From positions 1-44,075 of the forward strand of contig CAYIHQ010000002.1 in the NCBI GenBank assembly GCA_964362905.1: a stretch of DNA of 44,075 nt, written 5' to 3'. The translations under genes and the position numbers were made by a program. Positions within the stretch are counted from its first letter, which is position 1. Each line of letters starts with the position of its first letter. The notes beneath the pieces were generated by a model. That model was not told where the DNA came from, did not search any database, and saw only the letters and a program-made list of their open reading frames with translations. The DNA comes from an uncultured Ignavibacteriaceae bacterium (lineage in GTDB: Bacteria; Bacteroidota; Ignavibacteria; UBA10030). Shown one piece after another: positions 35,387 to 44,075 of this stretch.

Positions 35387-35392
35387 GATATT

Positions 35393-35710
35393 ATGGCTAA
35401 TTTCAAAAATACATCTAGATACAATAATGCTATAGTTACTTCTAATAGATCTAATAAAAATTTTATAATTTTAAGAAAATCTATAAAATTAGAACCTAGT
35501 CAAGGCGACACCTTTTTTATGGTGACACAAGAAGTACTAAAAAGACCTGATTTAATAGCACAAACTTTTTATGGGAATACTGAGTATTGGTGGTGTATTT
35601 ACGAATTTAACAATATTAGAGATCCCTTATTTGAACTAAAATTAGGACAAATATTAAGAATACCAGCTTTATCTAGAGTACTAACTGCAATAGATAAGTT
35701 AAAGGAGTAA
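35393..35710 (+). CDS. LysM-like baseplate protein (T4 gp53 / P2 gpX-like)
   Basis: RPDLIAQTFYGNTEYWWCI..NNIRDP..GQILRIP. Confidence 0.88.
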   Translation: MANFKNTSRYNNAIVTSNRSNKNFIILRKSIKLEPSQGDTFFMVTQEVLKRPDLIAQTFYGNTEYWWCIYEFNNIRDPLFELKLGQILRIPALSRVLTAIDKLKE

Positions 35711-35716
35711 GTATTT

Positions 35717-37330
35717 ATGGCAGATTCCAATAATTTGAGAGACTATGAGCGTTTTAAAACGCCATATTTCGTAATAACAGTTGGTGATCCTGCTTGGAAA
35801 AGAAAAGTTACTTTACCGCATCATATATTAAGATTAGTAGAAAAAATAGAGATTACAGAGGCATTCTATACTCCTGATGCCGCTGAACAACCGATGATGT
35901 CTATAACCTTTAATGAAGGTTCTAGAGAGCCAGCATCTCCTGATTACAAAATGGGTACTGATGGGCTATATCAAATATCTATGGACGGAGATTCCGTAGA
36001 TATGAGCATTGCTGGATCTCTAACAAATAGACCAGGAATAATCACTGATCTACGCTTCAGCGGAGATAGCGGTATTACATTTTTAACTGAACAAGAAAAA
36101 CAAGATGGAAAAATAGATAATAGACCTCAAATAAATGTTGAGGGAGCAGAGACTACTAGAGATTATGCAAAAGAACCAAAAACACCAGTATTTTTATTTC
36201 AAGAATTTAATAAAATACAAGTAGAGTGGGGATACGCTGGAGGTTCTCATAGGACTTTCATACTAAATATAATCCAAATGTCTACAGAATTTCCTGAAAA
36301 GGATATAGCTAGGACTACTATAATTTGTGGACCCACAAGTATTCTATTAGATCAATTCTCTACTAAAAATGGAATAACTTTTGGAATTCGAAAAATAGAT
36401 AAAAAAGATGGGCATTCTTTAGTAACAGTTACTGATACGAAAGTTGATAGTATAGTTAAGAAAATAGCTGAGAAATCTGGTATGGGAGTTGTTGTTAGTA
36501 AAGATCTTCCAGCAGACACAGTAGACAAAGGAAAACAACGAATATGGATTGCTGGAGAGAGTTTTAACCAATTTATGCAAAGATTGGCAGATTCTTGCGG
36601 TTGTTACTATGTAGTTCAACCTCACGCAACTACAGGAATAGATACTATAATATTCGTAAAGAAAACAGATTTTGAAAAATATTTAGTATTAGGTGACAAA
36701 GAATTATTACATTGGAAAGGTCCAGGTAGTATAATCAAAGAAGTAAAAATAAATGCTGATTTTTCTGGTTTGTTAGGAAATGCCCAAAAAGGCATAAATG
36801 CAGAAGGCAAAAAACAATCAGAAAAAGATATTGATATACGATTAGTAAGGCAGTACAAATCCTCAGAAACTGGCAGAAATCAAGAAATAATAAACGCTTC
36901 GCCATTAGGCAATAACCCAAATCCAGGAGCAGTAGGGATAGCAAAAGGTTTAGCCAATAATAATGTAGTGGGAATGTGCGAATATTCTCCAAATGAATCT
37001 AAACAGATTATGCAAGATAAGTCTGCTGTACGAGGAGAAGAGCAATTACGGTTAATACAATTAGATTTTACTACAATAGGCTATCCAGAAATAACTCCAG
37101 GAGTAGCTGAAATTACTGGGATAGGAATTAGATACAGCGGTAAATATCGATTATTAAGAGTAACTCATTCTCTTGACCAAAATGGTTATATAACTAAATG
37201 TTCTGGCATATCTTCTTTTTTAGGGGCTGGAGGAGTTAAACCTCCTAATATCGGTTCCGCAAAAGGAGAGGATAAATTAGTAGAAGAAGAATTATTTAAA
37301 AAGATGAATGCTGTAAGGGGACATCAATAA
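35717..37330 (+). CDS. Baseplate hub (P2 gpD / T4 gp27-like)
   Basis: VEWGY, ESFNQFMQRLA, IGYPEITPG..GIGIRYSGKYRLLRVTHSLDQNGYIT. Confidence 0.85.
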   Translation: MADSNNLRDYERFKTPYFVITVGDPAWKRKVTLPHHILRLVEKIEITEAFYTPDAAEQPMMSITFNEGSREPASPDYKMGTDGLYQISMDGDSVDMSIAGSLTNRPGIITDLRFSGDSGITFLTEQEKQDGKIDNRPQINVEGAETTRDYAKEPKTPVFLFQEFNKIQVEWGYAGGSHRTFILNIIQMSTEFPEKDIARTTIICGPTSILLDQFSTKNGITFGIRKIDKKDGHSLVTVTDTKVDSIVKKIAEKSGMGVVVSKDLPADTVDKGKQRIWIAGESFNQFMQRLADSCGCYYVVQPHATTGIDTIIFVKKTDFEKYLVLGDKELLHWKGPGSIIKEVKINADFSGLLGNAQKGINAEGKKQSEKDIDIRLVRQYKSSETGRNQEIINASPLGNNPNPGAVGIAKGLANNNVVGMCEYSPNESKQIMQDKSAVRGEEQLRLIQLDFTTIGYPEITPGVAEITGIGIRYSGKYRLLRVTHSLDQNGYITKCSGISSFLGAGGVKPPNIGSAKGEDKLVEEELFKKMNAVRGHQ

Positions 37331-38283
37331 TGTTCAGAATAAGAGATGGTTACGGTAAACCTAAATATGTTGGGCGCTCTAGAGCCGTAGTTGTAGATAA
37401 TAGGGACCCTCTAAAAAGAGGGCGTATAATGGTGGATAGCCCAGTATTGGGCGAAACTGTATGGATCGACTATTTAAAATTACCGCATCAATTCGATGTT
37501 CCGTCTATTGGGGACGTAGTTTATATTGAGTGTGATGGTGGAGAGTATGAATTCCCTGTAGCATGGGGAAATATAACTAAAGGATTAGACGAATCTCCAG
37601 AAATTCCGACAGTTTTTAAAAGAGCAGTGCCTACTAATAGAGGATTTTATACTCCAGAGGGGCATACATTAGAGTTCGATGATGGAGAATCTAGACCCAC
37701 TAATTCGCCAAAAGACACAGATCTTACAACTAAGAGTCGTGGAATAAGAATCACCAGCTCGCAAAATAACAAAATTCATATTATAGAAGATGATGACAAT
37801 TCTAAACAGTATATACTGATAGAAGACAAAACTGGTAATATGATAAAATTGGATTACAAAGAAAATGAACTTACTATTAAATCTTTGGGTAAAACTATTT
37901 TTGATACAGCAGAAGATAGGACAGACACAATTGGAGGAAATCTTATTGTTAATGTCACTGGTGATGCTAATATTACAGCCGACGGTAATGTGACAGTTTC
38001 AACACCAGGAGATGCTACTGTAAGTGCTAATGGTAATGCTACAATATCTGCACAAGGAAATGCCTCAATATCGGCAAACGGTAATGCAGAATTTAAAGGT
38101 ACTGGCGGAACTAATGTTGGTGACTCAGGAAGTATTACTCAAGTTAAAGGTAGTCAAGTCATGTTAGCTGGCGGTGGGCCGGGAGTAGCGAGGCTTGGAG
38201 ATAGAGCCTTCGGCATCGGGAACCTCGGAAGCCCAGTGTCTAGTACCATAATTCAAGGATCAACCAAAGTATTAAGTGGGTAG
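37330..38283 (+). CDS. Baseplate spike (gp5 / gpV / VgrG-like)
   Basis: RAVVVDNRDPLKRGRI OB-fold, VPSIGDVV, GHTLEFDD, beta-helix repeats, VARLGD tip. Confidence 0.92.
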   Translation: MFRIRDGYGKPKYVGRSRAVVVDNRDPLKRGRIMVDSPVLGETVWIDYLKLPHQFDVPSIGDVVYIECDGGEYEFPVAWGNITKGLDESPEIPTVFKRAVPTNRGFYTPEGHTLEFDDGESRPTNSPKDTDLTTKSRGIRITSSQNNKIHIIEDDDNSKQYILIEDKTGNMIKLDYKENELTIKSLGKTIFDTAEDRTDTIGGNLIVNVTGDANITADGNVTVSTPGDATVSANGNATISAQGNASISANGNAEFKGTGGTNVGDSGSITQVKGSQVMLAGGGPGVARLGDRAFGIGNLGSPVSSTIIQGSTKVLSG

Positions 38284-38286
38284 AAT

Positions 38287-39720
38287 ATGTCATTGACTCA
38301 ACCTCAGAGAATTCAGATTAGTGGAGAGCAATTAGATATACCTTTAAAAATACAATCAGCATTAGATACACAAGCACAATTAGCTCTAGTTAAAACAGAT
38401 CTACAAAATAAAGATAATAGTCTAAAGATATTCTTTGATAAGTGGAACGGTTTAATTAATTTTTATCAGGATGAGAGAAAATATGTAGACGGAACTACTT
38501 ATGCAACTATCACTAATCAAGATTGCATAGATGCCGCTCAAAGAATAGCAACAAATAAATTTTTTCCTACAGACGGAAGTTGGACTAAGTTTCAACCAAA
38601 AAAACATTCTAGTTCAGAAGGTTTACCTACTACGGTATTTTCAGATAATGAAATAACTAAAACAGGCGAATTAACAGCTCTACTAGATTTGATGAAAAAT
38701 GGACAAACTTCTGGAGTTTCTGATGATACATTGGCTATGCCTTATACTCCAGGTGCGGGCACTATGGATGTTACAACTGGCGGCCAAACAATCAATAAAT
38801 TAATTATAGTTGAGGGCGGAGGATTTAGTGGATTATTTAAAATAACCGCTATTGCAGGAACGACTTTAACTGTCACAGAGATAATTCCTCCAGGAGGAAT
38901 ATTACCAGATACTACTAGTAATGTAATAGAAAATATTGCAGGTTTTACTAACTCTGAAAGAAATACATTAGTTTCAAGTAATTACCAGACAGTTTTGACT
39001 GGTTTAGCCAACAACGCTATAACTGGCGTACTTGCTTGGGAAACTGCTATAGATAATCAACTAACTGCCCTTAATGGTAATACCGACAGTAGAAGTCCGC
39101 AAGCCAACGAAATTATTGCCGCTAAGAATGATATAAATGATGCTAAAAGTATCATAGATGCTTGGCAAGCACTCCCTTTGACAGGAACTACTGGTTTAGA
39201 CAGCAAATTTACTAACAATAATTTATTAAATTTAACTAACGAAGTTACTGCTAGAGGTGCTTTTTCAACTACTAGAAATTCTGAAATAGGAATAGCTTTA
39301 GGCTCCGTTACTCAGAGTGGAGATGGTACTTATACAGGAGTGGGACTATTTTATGAAAGATTTAAGCAAATTGATCTTAGAATCAACTTAGCTGGAGGAC
39401 CATTAACAGAATACTACGAAAAGAATATAGCCGACGCAGCTTTAAGTCAGATAGCAACTACAGCAACTAATACCGCTGCAAGTTACGATACTGAATTAAG
39501 AACAGAAAAGCTGACCTCTAATGCGAACAGTACTAATACGATTACTGTAGGTACTGTAACAGGATTCGCAAACGGTAATACAGTGTTCGTCATAGCTGAT
39601 AGCCTAACAGAACTAACTGGAGCTATAAATGCTATAAATGGTATGAATATTACTTTAAGTTTTATAGTGCCGAATACCTACACTACTGAGTTAAGAGCCA
39701 GAATCTACAAACAATTATAA
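38287..39720 (+). CDS. Hypothetical baseplate-associated protein, 477 aa
   Basis: Helical body with two inserted beta modules; between spike and gp25. Confidence 0.7.
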   Translation: MSLTQPQRIQISGEQLDIPLKIQSALDTQAQLALVKTDLQNKDNSLKIFFDKWNGLINFYQDERKYVDGTTYATITNQDCIDAAQRIATNKFFPTDGSWTKFQPKKHSSSEGLPTTVFSDNEITKTGELTALLDLMKNGQTSGVSDDTLAMPYTPGAGTMDVTTGGQTINKLIIVEGGGFSGLFKITAIAGTTLTVTEIIPPGGILPDTTSNVIENIAGFTNSERNTLVSSNYQTVLTGLANNAITGVLAWETAIDNQLTALNGNTDSRSPQANEIIAAKNDINDAKSIIDAWQALPLTGTTGLDSKFTNNNLLNLTNEVTARGAFSTTRNSEIGIALGSVTQSGDGTYTGVGLFYERFKQIDLRINLAGGPLTEYYEKNIADAALSQIATTATNTAASYDTELRTEKLTSNANSTNTITVGTVTGFANGNTVFVIADSLTELTGAINAINGMNITLSFIVPNTYTTELRARIYKQL

Positions 39721-39730
39721 GGTGGTTATA

Positions 39731-40147
39731 GTGGCCGTTAGTATTAAATCTAGAGATGCTAGTTTAAATGAAAGACTCGGAGCCGATTTAAAATTTCCTA
39801 TAGAAAACACTTTTAAGCCTATATCAGGTTTAGATTTATTATTACAAGATATACAGCAAGTATTATTAACTATGCCTGGAGAGAGAATAAATAGACCTGA
39901 ATTTGGTTGTTCTTTAAGAGCAAATATATGGGAAAATATTAATATAGCTGCGCTTCATGGAGCCGCCGCAATTAGAGATGCTCTAGAAAGATTTGAACCT
40001 AGAATTACAGTTACGGAAGTAACTAGCAAAATAAATGAAAATACTGGATTAATTACATTTAATATTCAATTTATAGTAAATAATACAGACACAGCTCTTA
40101 ACCTAATATTTCCATTTAGATCGAATACGCAATTATCTTTTTCGTAA
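39731..40147 (+). CDS. Baseplate wedge / sheath initiator (T4 gp25 / P2 gpW-like)
   Basis: LLTMPGERINRPEFGC..ALERFEPRI; probable GTG start 39731. Confidence 0.93.
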   Translation: MAVSIKSRDASLNERLGADLKFPIENTFKPISGLDLLLQDIQQVLLTMPGERINRPEFGCSLRANIWENINIAALHGAAAIRDALERFEPRITVTEVTSKINENTGLITFNIQFIVNNTDTALNLIFPFRSNTQLSFS

Positions 40148-40156
40148 GGACAGTAT

Positions 40157-43100
40157 ATGGCTAATATTACTACAAATTTAGATATAGATTATATTCAAAA
40201 AGATTTTAATTCTACTGTGGACGCTATTATATCTTTCGCCAATGTGAATTACGGACCAGGAACTTCAGCTAATCGCCTTTGGACCTCATTCAATAGTGAT
40301 TCATTTAGTAGGACGTGGGCAGAAATAGTAGCTTATGTTTCGGATGTATTTTTCTTTTATTTTGATAATCAAGCTACGCAAGCATATCTACAGACAGCCA
40401 CTATTAGAAGTTCAGTAGAACTCATAGCACACCAATTTGGTTATAGTATAGGTACTGCTACTAGTGCTTCGGGTATCGCTACATTTACAGTAACTGGACC
40501 AGTAACTATTCCTCGTGGATTTAAGCTGCAAGCAACTAATGGAGAACGATATTTCGTAGTCAATAACACTGTTGCTATCGCTGCAGGAGATATTAATACT
40601 GATGTACTCCAAGGTGAAATTATAAGTGAACAATTTGCTGCAGAGGGTCTTCAAGCAGAAGAATTTGATTTACAAGGTCCTAATGTTGTTAGAGACGCAG
40701 ATAATCTTAATCCTGCTGACATATCACCACAAGTAACAGTAAATGGTAATCCTTATACCTTTGTTGATAGCTTAATTAGAAATAATGGAACTGATACTGC
40801 AGTTGTTACTGATTCTTTAGGTAATGTTATCGGTGGAGGAGGTCGAGTATTTCTACTCGGTACTCGTCCAGACGGAACCCCATTCGTTACTTTTGGTGAT
40901 GGTATTTTCGGCAGAAAATTACAGCCAGGAGAAGTAGTACAAGTTACTTATAGAACTGGTGGAGGATCTGCTGGCAATATTACACAAGAAAGTTTAAATA
41001 CTTTAATAAGTTCTTTACCTCAAGTATCATCAGTAACTAATAACTCAGAATTTTCTGGCGGATCTGATGAACAATCCATAGAACAGTTACGTGAACTTAT
41101 TCCAGCAAGTCTCAGGACTTTGGAACGGGCTGTAGCTGAACAAGATTATTCTGATATTTTAGTAGCTAATTTTAGCGAAGTTTTTGCTGCTTCTACTGAA
41201 TCCAATGTAGATCAAGCAGGCGTAGACTTAAATATCTATGTAGTTCCGCAAGGTTCGGGTATTCCTAAAATTTCCGATAACTTAATATTAAAAACTAAAT
41301 TAACAAATTATATTGATCGCCGAAAGACAGTCACAGTACAATTCCAAATGTTAGATGCTTACGGTGTGGATGTATTGTTATCTTTTGAAGTATTTATTGC
41401 GGATACTGCTAGTAAAACAGTGGTTACTGAAGCTATAAAATCTGGATTGACAGACTTTTTTAATCTCACTACTGGAGGATCTTCAGGTTCTGGAGTAGGA
41501 TTTTCTGAGCAGATTCTTTTAAAAGACATCGGAAATGTGATAGAGGGTATTGTTGGGGTTGATCGTTTTGAGATTAAACGCCAAACATACAGACCTCGTA
41601 TAGACGAGAAAGTAGTAGGTCTTATTACTTCGTATAACCATAGCGATGTAACAGTATTTCCCACAATAACAGAATCTGAATGGCTACTAGCATCTGGAGG
41701 TATCCAAAACAGAACCGCAGGTTTGGTATTATTTAGCAATACATCCCTTACAGGATTTACTTATAATAGTACTACGGGTTTAGTTACTTATACTTTTCCA
41801 GTAGATTTAGCTAGTATAGCTCCTGGAGATGATTTTAGGGATGGAGCTAATATAGATTTCACTATTTTAGGAGTAGATACTATAAACAGTACGCTAATTA
41901 TTCCAACCTCATTGTCTGTGAATACTACGGTAACTAATGCAAATCACGGTTCAATTAGGAGTGGTAATACAAGTTTTGAATCCTTTAAAACTTTTAAAAA
42001 GATTCGTGCTAAAGCTACTAATTTATCTATAGATAGTATTACTGATAATAATTTAGATTTATCTGTAGCTAAAGGTACTGGTGCTGCTATTAGTTCTAGA
42101 GTACTCCTAGATAACTCTAAGATTTTTCTTCCTGGACAATATGCAACAGGAGACTACTATTTAATAGACCTCCTAGGAAATATTTGGGAAATTGAAGTTA
42201 ATGATAGCAATACATTAAAGACATCAATTGCAGCAGTCAATGATGCTTCTATTACTAGTGTAGCTTCAGGGGCGTATAAGATAGTTTCTAAGATGACTGG
42301 TAGTCAGGTAGTATTCCAAAACACATTGTTTAACATTCAATATAATAGTGATAATACATTATATTCTATTGGCGCACAATTTAGTCAAATTGGTACTATT
42401 GGGGATAGTTTTTCTATTTCTAGATTGCAGACTAATAAAGGTAATCTTGGACTAGCTTTAGATTTAATTTCGTATAATACGCTAACTGGAGATATTAGAT
42501 TAAATTCATCTCCAGATTTGAATGGTATTAATTCTGAGTACATGCTTATAGATTCAGGTGGGCAAATTTTCAACATAGTAGGTGTTGATAATGAGCCGAA
42601 ACCATCAATATTTTACGATTCTGTAAATTTCGATTCCCCCTTCATATTAGAAGGTACTGGATTAGGTTCTCAGATAGCTCAAGGATTTAAAGTAATCACC
42701 ACAGATGTTTACGCTGTAGTGAGTTTTTATTTAAAACGTGAAGGCAATATTGTAGGAAATCTTGCAGCTAAAATCGTAAATGATGATGGCACTGGATTAC
42801 CGAATTTAAGTAGTGTTGTTGCTGTTTCAGATACGGTATTAGTTAGTAATGTTTCTAGTACTAGTTATAGTAAAGTAGTATTTAGTTTTGCTACTCCGCC
42901 AACATTAACAGCAACTACACAATATCATTTAATTCTAAACTCAGATCCTGGATATTCTGCTGCAGAACAAAGCGCAGTAACAGTATTCGATAATACTGGT
43001 CTAGTGAGTTTTACTTATAATATTTTGACTGGATTAATTCAGTTCGGAGCTGCTGTAAACTTAAGTGCTGTATTACCTGGACACTATTTTAAAGACAGTG

Positions 43101-43681
43101 CTGGAGTACTATTTCCAGTACAAACTGTAGATGATGCTTTGAATACATTAACATTGGCCACTGGATTATCAGTAGACAATACAGTACCTAATTCTAGCGA
43201 TGACGGTTCTGTAATTGCTAATGATAGAGTTTTAGTTGGAATTGATAACTCAACTCCTTCTTACACTAATGGAAAATTTGCACGTTATAATGGAACTCTT
43301 TGGTCAAATGATACTCAGGGTCCGTCTCCTTCTGGTACAGCGGAAGATGCTGTATTTTCAGTAGAAGGAACCAAAACAATAACAGTACAAAGTAACTTAG
43401 TACCTGCCATGGGTACAGGCGCAACATTGAGTACTCGTTATTACGATGATGACAATGAATTATCATTTGTTTTGGGGGTATCTAGCGGTTCAATCACTTC
43501 AGCTACTGATGCTAATGCTCTTGGTAAAGGTACTGTAGCCAGTGTGCCAAATAGACCAGTAGATTCATTCGTATTTAGAACATCACGATATGCTGACGAT
43601 ATAGTTAATTTAAGACTTAACGAAATACCAGAACTTCAAGATTCAGATATTGATGTTCAAGTGTTCGGAGGAGTACAATAA
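40157..43681 (+). CDS. Baseplate wedge protein (T4 gp6 / P2 gpJ-like) with long C-terminal extension
   Basis: DYIQKDF, AYLQTAT, FGDGIFG, YRTGGGSAGN, GGSDEQSIE, RAVAEQDY. Confidence 0.93.
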   Translation: MANITTNLDIDYIQKDFNSTVDAIISFANVNYGPGTSANRLWTSFNSDSFSRTWAEIVAYVSDVFFFYFDNQATQAYLQTATIRSSVELIAHQFGYSIGTATSASGIATFTVTGPVTIPRGFKLQATNGERYFVVNNTVAIAAGDINTDVLQGEIISEQFAAEGLQAEEFDLQGPNVVRDADNLNPADISPQVTVNGNPYTFVDSLIRNNGTDTAVVTDSLGNVIGGGGRVFLLGTRPDGTPFVTFGDGIFGRKLQPGEVVQVTYRTGGGSAGNITQESLNTLISSLPQVSSVTNNSEFSGGSDEQSIEQLRELIPASLRTLERAVAEQDYSDILVANFSEVFAASTESNVDQAGVDLNIYVVPQGSGIPKISDNLILKTKLTNYIDRRKTVTVQFQMLDAYGVDVLLSFEVFIADTASKTVVTEAIKSGLTDFFNLTTGGSSGSGVGFSEQILLKDIGNVIEGIVGVDRFEIKRQTYRPRIDEKVVGLITSYNHSDVTVFPTITESEWLLASGGIQNRTAGLVLFSNTSLTGFTYNSTTGLVTYTFPVDLASIAPGDDFRDGANIDFTILGVDTINSTLIIPTSLSVNTTVTNANHGSIRSGNTSFESFKTFKKIRAKATNLSIDSITDNNLDLSVAKGTGAAISSRVLLDNSKIFLPGQYATGDYYLIDLLGNIWEIEVNDSNTLKTSIAAVNDASITSVASGAYKIVSKMTGSQVVFQNTLFNIQYNSDNTLYSIGAQFSQIGTIGDSFSISRLQTNKGNLGLALDLISYNTLTGDIRLNSSPDLNGINSEYMLIDSGGQIFNIVGVDNEPKPSIFYDSVNFDSPFILEGTGLGSQIAQGFKVITTDVYAVVSFYLKREGNIVGNLAAKIVNDDGTGLPNLSSVVAVSDTVLVSNVSSTSYSKVVFSFATPPTLTATTQYHLILNSDPGYSAAEQSAVTVFDNTGLVSFTYNILTGLIQFGAAVNLSAVLPGHYFKDSAGVLFPVQTVDDALNTLTLATGLSVDNTVPNSSDDGSVIANDRVLVGIDNSTPSYTNGKFARYNGTLWSNDTQGPSPSGTAEDAVFSVEGTKTITVQSNLVPAMGTGATLSTRYYDDDNELSFVLGVSSGSITSATDANALGKGTVASVPNRPVDSFVFRTSRYADDIVNLRLNEIPELQDSDIDVQVFGGVQ

Positions 43682-44075
43682 TGGGTCTTTCAAGAGAATT
43701 TAAAGCTTCGTCGTTATTAGCTAATCAAATTGGACTTAATTGGAAGGCACCAGTTGATTTTAATAATGTGGCAGATGAAACTATAGTTACTAGAACTATA
43801 ACTCATTTTCCTATGGAAATATTTAATGTAAGTTTCCCTAATCGGGCTACAGATTCTCGACCTATTGAAGTCTTTAGAGGCAGAACTATAACAGGCTCGA
43901 ATCTACTTAATATATCAGTTTCGGGCAATATCTTGACAGATACTGGAGCAAGTTTTCCCACTTCCCCCTCGTTAATGGGGAGATTACTTAGAGATTCTAA
44001 CTCTAAAGTATCAAGAATAGTAAGCAATACAAGCACTACTATTACTTTGGAGAGTGCGCCCACTAACGGAAAATA
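43681..44075 (+). CDS. Baseplate or tail protein, 5' part only (truncated by window end)
   Basis: TAATG overlap; MGLSREFKASSLLANQIGLNWKAP..., open to the end, FN3-like start. Confidence 0.75.
   Translation, partial: MGLSREFKASSLLANQIGLNWKAPVDFNNVADETIVTRTITHFPMEIFNVSFPNRATDSRPIEVFRGRTITGSNLLNISVSGNILTDTGASFPTSPSLMGRLLRDSNSKVSRIVSNTSTTITLESAPTNGK

Noticed and set aside
1579-44063. Antisense and nested ORFs in the track (e.g. 1579-2136, 8369-8695, 12139-12480, 28781-29008, 32273-32755, 43803-44063)
   Set aside because: They shadow well-supported + strand genes and lack RBS or recognisable motifs
1-44075. Alternative genetic code (stop-codon reassignment)
   Set aside because: Core genes are full length in the standard code, and TAA, TAG and TGA all end genes at tight junctions
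27934-44075. Stand-alone tailocin or eCIS locus
   Set aside because: Terminase, portal, scaffold and capsid are in the same gene run, so this is a phage

Overview
The window is about 44 kb of an AT-rich tailed dsDNA phage genome with a contractile (myovirus-type) tail. The standard genetic code reads cleanly throughout. From left to right: (i) 1-3600, a probable terminal or early region with short + strand genes (including a GP88-like Cys-motif protein) and two parallel regulatory modules dense in sigma54 (-24/-12)-like motifs, TCA-N3-TGA palindromes and IHF-like sites; (ii) 3800-7850, two divergent arrays of tiny genes; (iii) 7963-16161, packaging and head genes (putative TerS, TerL, portal, scaffold, HK97-type major capsid); (iv) 16249-23904, putative head decoration or fibre proteins, a permuted NlpC/P60 enzyme and a holin; (v) 23907-44075, neck, an HNH endonuclease, sheath, three gp19/Afp1-like tubes, a tail chaperone with a -1 frameshift, tape measure and baseplate, truncated at the right edge. 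The strongest candidate for an undescribed system is in region (ii). Thirteen otherwise dissimilar small ORFs, many with SH3/KOW-like starts and one of only 20 aa, share a C-terminal (K/R)-hydrophobic-L-(Y/F)-G-like tag. In eight of them the tag codons (TA-TAT-G) also contain the start codon of the next gene, usually with a ribosome-binding site just upstream. Other highlights are the sigma54 enhancer-like modules, a covarying G-AAGAG-C hairpin before three head genes, and a probable ATT start for the portal. All functional calls come from motif recognition by eye; no database search was run.
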